From: Trypanosoma brucei | Lineage: Eukaryota | Assembly: GCA_000002445.1 (NCBI GenBank) | Contig: CM000207.1 | Span: 352,001-416,000, forward strand | DNA: 64,000 nucleotides | Direction: 5' to 3' | Shown here: in pieces, positions 31,453-42,300 of the stretch | Layout of the letters: the number at the start of each line of letters is the position of its first letter | How positions within the stretch are numbered: the first letter of the stretch is position 1 | Made by a program: the position numbers and the translations under genes | Notes under the pieces: model-generated | Seen by the model: only the letters and a program-made list of their open reading frames with translations | Database searches by the model: none | Told to the model about the DNA's origin: nothing

Positions 31453-32376
31453 TTAAAAGGAAGTATCACTGTTAAAGCAAAGTAAGTTATACCAGTTGCT
31501 GTAACGCGTACAGTCCTCGTATATGTACTGCATAGATGTGCGCATCGTTGGTTGCAGCGCCTCCCTGTGGTATAAGAAAAGGGGCATCACGAACATCCAC
31601 AGCACACCCGAGTACAACCGAAATGCCCAAGGAGGTGGGTGAACAGAGGTTGTAACAGCCAACCTCTCCATTAGAATGAAAAACAACGCACTTAATATGC
31701 GGGAGAGGATGTACATACTCATCTGGACAGTCACAGCACCTTGTTCACCCCAATACAAGCAACCAATAATGAACCCCGCCACCACGCTATGCCAGGGTCG
31801 TTGCCTCCCCTCTACCAAAGCCATTAGCGAGCGGAGCAGCGAAAACGTGAAAGCAGTGGCACCCAGTCGAAGGGCGTGCTGACGCGTGGCATCGAATACG
31901 CGACGGGCAATGACGCTGTACGGTGCGCTACTCCAAACCAAGTTGAGCACAAGGGCATGAGGAGCGCGAATACGAGCGCCGTAGACAAATCCGTTGCGGA
32001 ACGACTTAAGGGCATCAAATAGTATTTTGTACTTACCAGACCGAATCATGTCGTCAATCAGAAGTGTGACTTTCTTGGCTGCACTAATGGGACCACAACC
32101 CCTGTCCGCGGGCTCAGCCGCCATGACTACACGTAATTGTGGCCTTCCTTTAGCGACGGAGTGACTTGTCGATATTGATCCGGTCCCAACTAAAGCGGAA
32201 ACGCAGGAAACGGTAACAGAAACGAAAAAGAGGATGGATAGTCCGAAGAACGGAGTCCACGCAGAGTAGCGGATGTGAACATTGCAACTGGGGGTGACCG
32301 GAAAACAATAACCGGTAGCTGACAGATGCCACAAATCACAAATAGCCGCAGGCCTTGGGGTAGGAAAAGGCCTCAT
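31453..32376 (-). CDS. PXMP4: peroxisomal (glycosomal) membrane protein 4 / PMP24 family (Tim17-like fold)
   Basis: Collinear similarity to human PXMP4: SFRNGFVYGARIRAPHALVLNLVW versus GFRNGAVYGAKIRAPHALVMTFLF, MSMYILSRILSAL versus INMYLLSRVLFAL, and LYHREALQPTMRTSMQYIYEDC versus EYHRSTLQPSLQSSMTYLYEDS. The longest ORF starts at the ATG at 32374-32376 and adds about 84 aa, including a hydrophobic stretch. An internal ATG at 32122-32124 (MAAEPADRG...) aligns with the human N-terminus and would give a 223-aa protein. Confidence 0.85.
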   Translation of the reverse strand: MRPFPTPRPAAICDLWHLSATGYCFPVTPSCNVHIRYSAWTPFFGLSILFFVSVTVSCVSALVGTGSISTSHSVAKGRPQLRVVMAAEPADRGCGPISAAKKVTLLIDDMIRSGKYKILFDALKSFRNGFVYGARIRAPHALVLNLVWSSAPYSVIARRVFDATRQHALRLGATAFTFSLLRSLMALVEGRQRPWHSVVAGFIIGCLYWGEQGAVTVQMSMYILSRILSALFFILMERLAVTTSVHPPPWAFRLYSGVLWMFVMPLFLYHREALQPTMRTSMQYIYEDCTRYSNWYNLLCFNSDTSF

Positions 32377-32830
32377 ATCAATAAAACAATGAAAGAATAA
32401 TAATTAAGCAAACGAAAAATAGACCCTCCCCAAGACCGTTTCGCAGTGACAGCTACATTGAAAAAAAAAATGGAGGTCACATCTAAGCGGAATCGCTGAT
32501 ATACGCACTCTATTGAACGTGAAAAACGGGGAAGAGCGATCGTGGTTCTTGCCCCTCCATCACAACATTTTGCAGCTAAAGAAGAAAAAAAGACATTCTA
32601 AATATATGGTAACTAAAAATTCTATCACTTTCACACCCATGATGATGTTTTCCCGGTTACAAACGGAGCGGAGAACAGCATGGTGCGGTTCAACGGAGAA
32701 GTGACTGCTGAAAAAAGCGCTCGTGAGTAAACGCAAGACCGAGAAACCAGCATCGAGTGCTGCACCACACATCTGAAAGAATCAATTAAAGAAGGTGGTG
32801 TTGACGATAATTACTTATGGTCATACTATG

Positions 32831-35026
32831 TTACGCATCCTCTCGAAGGCTAATAACTAAGGCATTCTCCGGTGCGGCATTGCTCGCGCGCCATTGTACA
32901 TCAGCGGAGCAACGTGGGCACCGCGGAATCAGCTTTGAGGGGCGCACATCACCAATCACACTCGTCTTATACCTACAGTGCTCACACTGAATGAAGCGAC
33001 GTACTGTCTCCCGTGTCTCAACAATGTGTCCTAGCGATTTGCACCGTTCGTTGCGACGTAAATACCAGCGGTCACATTGCCGACAGTAATGTGCCTTTAA
33101 CTTCTGCTCTGTAACATCAGCCAGCGCCTCCAGTGCTTTGTCCTGCTGAAGTAGCCGCTCGGCCTGCCGTTCAAGTCGCTGACGCTCGTCTAAAGCACGC
33201 AGTTCGTCATTGACACTATGAAGTGACTCTGCAACTTTTCCCAGCAGAGACGCGGGGGGAGGTGCAGAACCACCAGTCTTGTTGGCGGTAGTTTCTCGCA
33301 GCCTCACTTCCTCTTGCCCTACAGAGGATCGTCCGGCAAATTTAGCCAATGAACCTTCAGCACGCAGTTGCCGCTCAACAACGTTAACAATAGCACTGCG
33401 TGTACCCTTTCCCCCCTGCGTGGTAACACCACTATTGTAGCTATTTCTCCCTGTCAAAATTGCGTCACCACGGCGACCTCCCCGCAGGGGAGCGAAGGCT
33501 GAACGGTCGTGAGGGGCGCTAAGTGGGGCAAACTTTTCGCGGACCTCCACCCACGGTGGTTGTTCACAGCCTTCACGTGGTCGTTTGGTCCCCCGCTGAC
33601 TCGGATGAAGGGCAAGGCGAAGAAGGCGATCGAAATTCTTTGCTTCCTCCGCAGCGGCGGCAGCCCCAAGCACAGCACGACCTTGGGTTCCTACGCCAAT
33701 CTGCGTAGGGATATAGCTAGAGGTCATACCTTTACCATCGCCGTTGCTTAGCAGACGCTTCGCGTTCTGGGCCACGTCGTTAACAGGAAGTACGTCGCCT
33801 GCGACAACACCCGCGTAGGCGTTTCCCGCAGCCATAACATCTGCTGATGCAGGAGTTGATGCGGGTAAGCCAGTGGATCCCCTCACCGTGAGAAAGCCGA
33901 GTTTTTGGCGCCGCAAAGCTTGTGACGACGTTTTGGAGGCGGTTATTTGGGCAGACTGGAGAGTCGCCAGATTTATGCACGTTAACGCCGGCGCACTCAA
34001 TCGAGCTGTCCCCAAGGGCTGTGACCGGAATTTGCCACTAACACCGGGGGCAGCACCGCGTGCCTCACGCTGAAGGTTGGCCATATGATGTGCACAATAA
34101 TTCGATAACGACTTATTGACGATATTTTTACAGAGCTCTCCAGACCGTTGCTGAGTACCCTGACATGTAGCAAGGTCTGATGCGAAGCCCAGTACACGTA
34201 CCTGGTCGCATGTGGTAACCTTTAAAATTCCGCAGTCGCCACTCGCGGTAGAGCCCCCACTTGTGGTGGCGTTGAAAGTTGTCTTTCCTACACTTTGATT
34301 TTCCATCCGCTGCATTCCTGACACCGCCAACACCAAACCGCTCAGAATCCTCGTGTAATGTGTATCAAATGCAGACCCGCCAAGAAGAATGGCCACCTCG
34401 CCAGCAGGGCTCACAAATGGTCCTTTCATATCCCACAAGTAGACAACACCGTATCCACGCCCGGTAGACGCTCGCTTTGGCTCCGTCTTATGGACCACCA
34501 CACCAACAACAGTACTGGGGGGCAATGAGTTTCCTCCAGCTGACTTAACAGATCGTCGAAGTCCTTCAAACGTGGTAAAGGGATGCTGCGCCAAAATGAC
34601 GGCCAATTGCTCGCAACTTCGCGTTGGTCGACTAACTTTAATATTGCTGTTGGGCTCCCGTACGATTCCTAACTGCGGCTTCCTAATTGGGGCATCATCC
34701 ACACCTCCTTTTGCAGTGGGAGTTGCCGTGACAACACTCATGAACGAAGCGGAGGGGTTGGTACTGCCTTCTGCCCCACTAAAAGTTTTATTTGCTGGAA
34801 AGACACTTGTGCCGAGGTCGTGCAGTGCAAGCCGAGATACAACGGGGTCTTCCATAGCAGCAGTCACTTGACTGAGACGACTAGCCTGTGAGTTTGGCGC
34901 CACGCCGATTGTGGAATCAACCGACCCACTCACATTTCCACTGGGGTCATGGAATACCGCAAAAAGATCCTCATCGCTTCGATCGTCACTGTCACTTGGA
35001 CTTCTCTTCCCCTCACTTCGTGCCAT
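32831..35026 (-). CDS. MCM10: MCM10 (DNA replication initiation factor) homolog with OB-fold/CCCH zinc-finger core and a C-terminal Cys-rich zinc ribbon
   Basis: Collinear with the human MCM10 internal domain: VVGVVVHKTEPKRASTGRGYGVVYLWDMKG versus GVVIKVLSKSEPKQTKNGRDYSIWTLSDL. The zinc finger C295-x10-C306-x11-C318-x2-H321 (DLATCQGTQQRSGELCKNIVNKSLSNYCAHH) matches the MCM10 CX9-10CX11CX2H signature. The C-terminus has CRQC...CEHC...CPRC. The ORF-track start at 35045-35047 is TTG; the first ATG is at 35024-35026 (MARSEGKRSPS...). Confidence 0.75.
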   Translation of the reverse strand: MARSEGKRSPSDSDDRSDEDLFAVFHDPSGNVSGSVDSTIGVAPNSQASRLSQVTAAMEDPVVSRLALHDLGTSVFPANKTFSGAEGSTNPSASFMSVVTATPTAKGGVDDAPIRKPQLGIVREPNSNIKVSRPTRSCEQLAVILAQHPFTTFEGLRRSVKSAGGNSLPPSTVVGVVVHKTEPKRASTGRGYGVVYLWDMKGPFVSPAGEVAILLGGSAFDTHYTRILSGLVLAVSGMQRMENQSVGKTTFNATTSGGSTASGDCGILKVTTCDQVRVLGFASDLATCQGTQQRSGELCKNIVNKSLSNYCAHHMANLQREARGAAPGVSGKFRSQPLGTARLSAPALTCINLATLQSAQITASKTSSQALRRQKLGFLTVRGSTGLPASTPASADVMAAGNAYAGVVAGDVLPVNDVAQNAKRLLSNGDGKGMTSSYIPTQIGVGTQGRAVLGAAAAAEEAKNFDRLLRLALHPSQRGTKRPREGCEQPPWVEVREKFAPLSAPHDRSAFAPLRGGRRGDAILTGRNSYNSGVTTQGGKGTRSAIVNVVERQLRAEGSLAKFAGRSSVGQEEVRLRETTANKTGGSAPPPASLLGKVAESLHSVNDELRALDERQRLERQAERLLQQDKALEALADVTEQKLKAHYCRQCDRWYLRRNERCKSLGHIVETRETVRRFIQCEHCRYKTSVIGDVRPSKLIPRCPRCSADVQWRASNAAPENALVISLREDA

Positions 35027-36393
35027 TCCAAAGGGGATCGGGCCCAACTATCTTACCTTTAGCTTTGCTATCCTGGGTTCCTAACGATTCACTTCCTTCC
35101 CGACGAACTCGCCAACGTGAATGCGGCTTTTAAAACAACAAATTCTGGCACACGTGGAGCCCACTGAATAACAAAAAAAAACGCTGTGTTTGCGCACCGC
35201 ATGGACAAGGGAAAGGAAAGGGGATAAAAGCGTATGGAAATGTAAATGATTTGAATAAGCAGCAGCATGCAAGGAAACATGTTGAAAGGACTGTGCAGTG
35301 GACCGCAGGGTGGGGAAATGTGTGGTGCGGGCACCAAAACAAAATATTGATATCGGACGAGCAAACATCCTCACTCTGAAGTTGGTACATCTAAAAACTC
35401 GCCTCACATACACAAGAAAACATAAAAAAGGGGGGAAATTATAAACGGAGAAATAATAAGGGGAATAAAATACAGTCTTCTATTTCATTCCCGGAACATC
35501 TAGTTCTCACTTACAAACTCCCACACACCTCTCGCACGCAGTTTTTCACTCAGCCACGCACAAAATCATATAATTACATACATTCACGGACCAGTCTTTC
35601 CTCATACCAAAGACAAAGTGAGGACGGGCACAAGTGCATACAGGTTGCACTAATTTCCCCTCTATTTCCTTCTCACTGCATGTCAAAACTTCCCCACCAC
35701 AAATGTGACAGGCAGAAATATGGACTTGTAATCGGGAGTGCGTGTGCGCACAGATACACACACGCATGAACTCGTGCCTCCAAATCCCCCCCCCTCTTTT
35801 TTTCTCCAGCGAAGTACTCATATTTGACGAAACAAAAAAAGGGATAATTACCCGCCCCCGCAGAAAGGGAGGGGGAAAACATTATATACATACATGACAA
35901 AAGGCACACAAACTAGTGGAGCTGGAGGTAGTTTGCTTGATCAAAGGTGGAACACAAGGATGAACAAATGAGCTCTAGCGAAAAATTCACATACAAGCAC
36001 AAAAAGAGTCCATGCGCGAGCTCAACACCTTGATGAACAAGAGGACACTAAATCATACATTAACAAGTAGAAAAGAGAATGCGCTCGTACAGAGTCAAAG
36101 AAAAATTAAAACTGTGATGGTCCATAATATTTCTCAAGCTGCTCGTCTACCATCTTCCCATACCCTCAGTTTCTTCTTCACAGAGCTTGCCACTGTCTAA
36201 AGATGTTTGAAATTGCATTACATTCATGTGACAACAAAGCGGAGGGGAGAAACGAGAACGAACGAACATGAGCAACGAAAAAAAAAAAGCACGAGGTGGA
36301 AAAACATGTAGCACCGCTCACACCATCAATTTTACAGATCACAAGTTTACTTCAGCTGCTACACGGTACGAGAACGCCCAAATCAATCCATGA

Positions 36394-39300
36394 TCATCTC
36401 CTGCTCAAACCAACTCTAGCCGTTTTTTGTGCCCTCCCTGCAGCAGCTCTTCCTGACAAGGGCGCATTTATTGGCAATGAGGGCACTTTTACTCCACCAG
36501 GGGCGGGACTGCTGCCAGAGGACGAAGCTGCATGACGCATAGCGTCCCTCATATCGCCTTTCCCTCGTTTGCCTTTGGACGGCGGTTGTGGGATCATTAC
36601 GTGGTGAGCGCTAGAAATCTCAGGTAGCGTAATAACCTTTGCCGTTGGTGAGTGTTCGCCGGCGGCGAACTCCTGCGAGGGATCCACAATTTGGGGGAGT
36701 GTGATAGCAACATCCTTCTCACTTCTCGTGGTGGCATTGACGATGGGATTGTTGTAGCTGATACCGTCTTTGCATTCGGTAACCACCTGGATGGTGTAGC
36801 TCGTTGACGGTTCAAGCCCTTCAAGTGTAAACGTCGAGTCAGAGACTGTGCTTGCAAGAATGGGTGTGCAGTTACGCACCCCAATGTAAACACGATAGTT
36901 AATAACCCGATTGCCAGACCGGTTGCTACTGGTCTCTGATCGCGATGGTGTCCACATCAGCGTGACGCTGTTGTCCGTGGTCCCCACCACCGTGAGATCG
37001 GTAACTGGCTCTGGCGCAGTACCACTTGTCACTCCAACGGGTTCACAATACTCGCTGAAAGGACTACCCTCATCAACAAGCGAACACTTCACCCGACAAC
37101 GCACCTTCGCGGCGGGTCCCGTAAATCGCACACGGCAGTTAGTTTCTTCAACAATATCGATAACGCGCCATTCCACCGATCCCTTTGGTTTCCCACGGGA
37201 GTCCGTTGGAGAATGTGACTGCTCAACAACATACCTGTACGCATGATAACAGTCTGGAGCCTCCCACTGTAGCAAACCTGTTTGAGCGTTCTGCCGCCGT
37301 AGAGTTACAGATTGAGGTGGGAATGGTGCCGTTGTCAAGTTGACCTCAACCCAAGCCCCCCAAGAGTTATGCTCATCCATCGCTCGGACTTTGACAGTGT
37401 AGGAGGTGCAGCCGGTGAGGCCATCAATCGTGATGTTCTTCATTGGACCCTCCTCTCCTTCCACATCAAACTCAAGCTGTCGGAAATAAGGCTTTGCCTG
37501 TGAGGCACACAGAACAATGCGGCGCCAATCTGGTAGAAAGTCGTCCCCGCCTTCCTCCGTGGGACCGGCCCCGACGGTACAAGCAGCGCCAACGTCAACG
37601 GCATTTGCACCATCTACTTCCCCTTCCACTGCCGCCGCAGCGCCACTGGCCGCAGGCAACTGCGTATCAGCGGGCTCAACCTCAAGAGGGGCTGCAGCAC
37701 GTGGCAGCGCTTCCGCAGCCTCCCCAGCTGAAACAGTATAAACTGTAGCAGCAGCGTCATTGTTCACGGCAGTAGCGTTAACCTCATCCCCATCGTCATC
37801 CTTATCTTTAGAAGGAATTTCGTCTGTCTTGCGTACTTCAACCTGATATTTCTTTACAATTTGAACAACTGCCTTCCGCTCCATGCTTCCCTCCTCACCA
37901 ACCTCTCCATCCACAATCCTGGCACCCCCGAGCAGTGGATCCCCATGCGCCGGTGGCGATGCTATTCCAGTAGGACTGCCACTGCTTTGTGCGTCAGGAG
38001 GTGAAACAAGCCTAGGGAGCAGGCTTCGTTCCGAAACGGGTGACGGAGACTGCTTTGCTGCCGCTCCTTTGCCCGACTTGCCCCGCTTTGACCCTCCACT
38101 CCCCTTGCTCCCCTTGGGACTTCGAGTACCTTTCCTGCCCCTCGAACCGGTCCTACCCTTTCCGGTGGAGGTTCTACCAGCTGCAGAGCCAGTCGCGTCC
38201 GGTGAAGCTTCGGGGGGTGGGGGTGGCTCCATTCGGTTGAGGGTGAACTCTGCGGAGTCGCATGTAACACCGTTGAGGGCAACACAAATGGGACACAGTG
38301 TCTTGAAACCAACCGTGGGGGTCCATTGGCCCCAACTTAATTCATCATACCGAGGTTGAAGTGCCATAAGATAATCCAAACCAGGAGAAAGGCCCTCCAG
38401 TAAATAGGTCGGAAGTAGAAACTCATCATCCGTCACGCCACAGTCACTTGGATTAATTACATGTTCCACAGTTTCATTACCACCCTTTAAGACAAGCTGG
38501 TATTCGCAGGGATCCAGCCGAGGTTGGGAGTTGCATTTTTCTTCGGAGCGATCACCTTCGCCACGGTCCCACTTCATACGCACATAGATTTCTCCTACAT
38601 TCACCACATCTAATCGCAACACACGCTGCGTGCGGAATAACCCTTCCTTGCTCCACAGACCCCAGCGCGAGTCCGTATTACATGAGCGTACAACGACAAC
38701 GTAGGCCGCATCAGCCTCCAGGGAGCAGATACGGTAGCGGTTCACATCCTTCGGGAACTGCTTATCAACGATAGCGAGGGCTGGAGAGTGTTGCGAAGCG
38801 AACACACACAAATGGTATGCAATTACCTCTGGTGTCCCAAGAACAACGGGAACTGCAGCAACGGCATTGTTTGTAGTACTAGGAAGGCTCTCTGGTTCGT
38901 CAGCAGAAGCCGGGGTCTCGCCGCAACACCCCACAATATCCGCGTATTCTTGCACAGTTTGTTCGTCACGGAACCACTCCACCGTGGCAAACTGTTCACC
39001 AGGGGAGGAGACAATAAGCTGCATCGGCTTTAGAGTCGCAAAGAACGTTCGATCACTCCAGGGGCTCCACGACTCCCGTCGAGAATCCAAGGAACGCACG
39101 GACACCGAGTAGACAGTGGCGGCTTCAAGCAACTTAGCCCGGTAGCTGTTTCGCGCGCCCTTGAACTGCTTGCTAATGTGGTAACTGTGCTCAAGACCGA
39201 TAACGTCCACCTGAAACGTTGAAAGGAAATCATCATTGCCGCAGAGCGCCTCCGATCCGTCTGGAAGTAGCAGAGATCGACGGGGTCTTTGCCAGGAAAA

Positions 39301-42300
39301 CTCGGCGTAATTTTCACCAATAGAACTCATTTCGACGGCAAACTTTGGTAAGGTCATAACATGGACGATTCGGCTCCACCGCCCCCATACATTGTCCACG
39401 CAGCAGCGCACATGAATTCGATATAGCGAATCGTGACGCAGATTGCGTGCAACATAAGTGGTTTCGCTTCCTGAGAGTGGTTTGTCAATTAGCAAAGACC
39501 CTTCATTTGCAGCAGCATTGGGGCCCACCTCATAAACACGAAGCTGGTAGCTATCCACGGGCTTGGGGGGAAACGGATTTCGCACTGGTAGTGGTTGGGC
39601 CCGCGGGTCACGCTCCCAATGGACAGCAAAGAAGTCCTCAGCGCCGTCATCCATGAAACACACCATGTCACGCAGAGTTACGTCATATAGACCATCACTC
39701 CACGCACCTGGCTCCGCTCTACTTTGGTTGAGAGCCTCCACTATGCCTTCATCCTCAGCCTGTGGGAGTTCGGGATGTATGGTATCAACAACAAACTCTT
39801 CGTGCGGCTTATACCAACGTCGCACACTCACACGGTATCGGTGATGAGATAGCAACTCCTTTACTGTGCTGTTACGAACATTTGATGGAATTATCATCGT
39901 GCGGCGTAACCGGGGGGGAAGCTCCTCTGCATCCTCCTCGCCATATGACACATCAGTGAAGTCGTGAACAGCTAGCTCATAGCAAATCAACTCTTCTACA
40001 TCCGAAGGTTGCAGGTCGCTCGTGGCAAATGAGTTCGGAAGTCGTTGCCACGACGCCGTTAGGTAGTCTTCACCAAGGCCAATCAACTCCACACTCAACA
40101 GATTGAGTGTTCCACAGGTAACGTGGGTGCTACTGAGGCCAAACTCACCGCTTCCGTAGCACGCACGGACGGCCAAAGAGTACCGTTTGTCTGGTTTTAG
40201 CGACGACACTGTGAATGTCGTCTTCTCACCTGGCACGTTGAATGTGACACCCTCATCCTCACCTTCTTGCACGAAAGTGATGGCATAGTATGCAACACGA
40301 GTCTTTGCGCTGTTGTACATCGCGGACCTTACTTCTGGTTGGTCCAGAAGGGGGTATCTCTTTTGGCACAATCCGGGTTTCAGTTTGTCAGGTGACATGG
40401 CCCTAAAGGAGGAGCGACGCCCATCTTCTCTTTCCAGAGTTGTTTGAGACTCCGCAGCGAAACCAGAACTTTCGGAGAAATCTCCGGTCTGGCCCCCAAC
40501 ACTTCTGCTGCTTTCCCCCACGGTGATGGGTGTGTTATCGTCGCTGTCACGCCCACTGCTTCCCCCGTTGGACGTTTCCTCACCTTCGTCACTTAGCGTA
40601 CCGTTAGTATCTGTGGATGTGCGCACCATTACTTGCAGTTCATCGGGTTCCTTGCGCCTCCAATGAAGGCGCACATAGTCCTCACCAATAGCCAATACTT
40701 CCGCGCTTATAAGCTTCATGGTGTACACGCAACGTTCCTCCGACCAGAAGCCCCATTCACCAAGGTTGTTCGACGCGCATATTTTAAAAGTATACGGCCT
40801 GTTCGGGGTGAGAGAATCGAGGCGGTACTCCTGAAGATCACCAGCAAACCGCTTTTCGCACAACAACTTGCGGCTGGCTTCATCACAGCGATAGATGCGT
40901 AGAAGGTAGCCGGAGCAATCGCGACACCCGACGCAGATCGTTGGATCAAACCTCCCCTCATATTCGGTACCCTCATCACCTTTTGGTTGTTGCTCCTCAC
41001 GACCCCACTCCAACATGACAGAGTGCTCTGTGATTTGTGTGGGGTAAACCTCTAGGCGCTTAAGTGTCACAAAACGAAGCGGTTCCGACCACATACTTGA
41101 TGCTTCACATTCGTCAATGGAAAGCACCCTGACGGTATAAACTGTGTCCAGGTTCAGGCTTTTCAAACGGTAGTAGGTGTTGGTGGCTCCCGTTAGTACA
41201 ACATTTAACTGCAAGCCATCACGCCCAAGTACATCAATCATGTATGCTGATGCAACGTAACTCCCGGTGAACACTTCAGCCATATCCATTCTCGGATGCT
41301 GCCTGGGGGGAACGCGTTTCCATTCAATTTCGGCGTACTGTTCGTCGATGTGCTTCACATTGACCCGGATCTTCGACATCGTGAGGAAGTGTTGTTCAGC
41401 GCTCCACGCGCCCAACTGGCCTCCCGTGGTCACGCTCATAACTTGGACACTGTAGAAACGATCTTGCTTCAGATTTTCCACTCGGAAAGAGAATGTGTCT
41501 TTGTTGAACCGTCTAGTTAGGTGCAGCCGACCACTCCCATCACTTTCGTACTCAACCGGATGCTCCTGCGGGGGCAGAGGGCCCTGTGTCTGCTGCGTAG
41601 TGGTTAAAACTCCCACAATTTCATCTGCTAGCGTCTTTGGCGCTAGTTCTTCTTCGCTTACCGCGGGTTCCTCACAGCTCTCCCCATCAACGCCATTATC
41701 TTGTAACTCCAACACCCGCACGTAAAACATTTCATTATCCACGCCATGTTGCAGAACATTCATATCATTGTCGTAGTCTACTCTTCGATCTCGTCGCCTC
41801 CAGGTTATCTGGGCCCAATCTTCACCGAGTTTCTCCACAGTTGCAGACATACCAGGCATTGTAACGCATGTTTTTGGAGCACACCAAAGCCCCCAAGCTT
41901 CCTCAGCACCCCACTCACGCACTTCAAACGTGTACTTTGTGTCCACCTGCAGCTTGTCAACACGGAAGACACAGCACGAGCGCATGGTGCGGTACTCCTC
42001 GCAGATCTTCCCCTCATCATCTTCATTCTCACTCTCCCATGTAATACGCAGTTGACAAACACATCCTTCATGAGAAGACGCATCACTTCTCAGTGTGTTA
42101 GCTTCATCTATAGGTGGCAGACGCTTATTTGGAGCTCGGTGCCACTCGATGTCCACAAAGGTTTCAGATATGCACGTGATGGACAACTGGATGAGGCTCT
42201 GCGTCATGAACTTCAACGGCGGCGTCCATGGACCCCAACCTACACCGTAATCGCAACACAGAAGTGCCGTGTACATAGTATTCCATACCAGTTGCTTCAC

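Noticed and set aside
36020-36240. TGATGA / CTGTCTAA motifs resembling snoRNA boxes in the MCM10-FN3 intergenic region
   Set aside because: Same reasons as for 60660-60790: isolated hexamers, no terminal stem, wrong strand. Expected by chance in 1.3 kb of AT-rich spacer.
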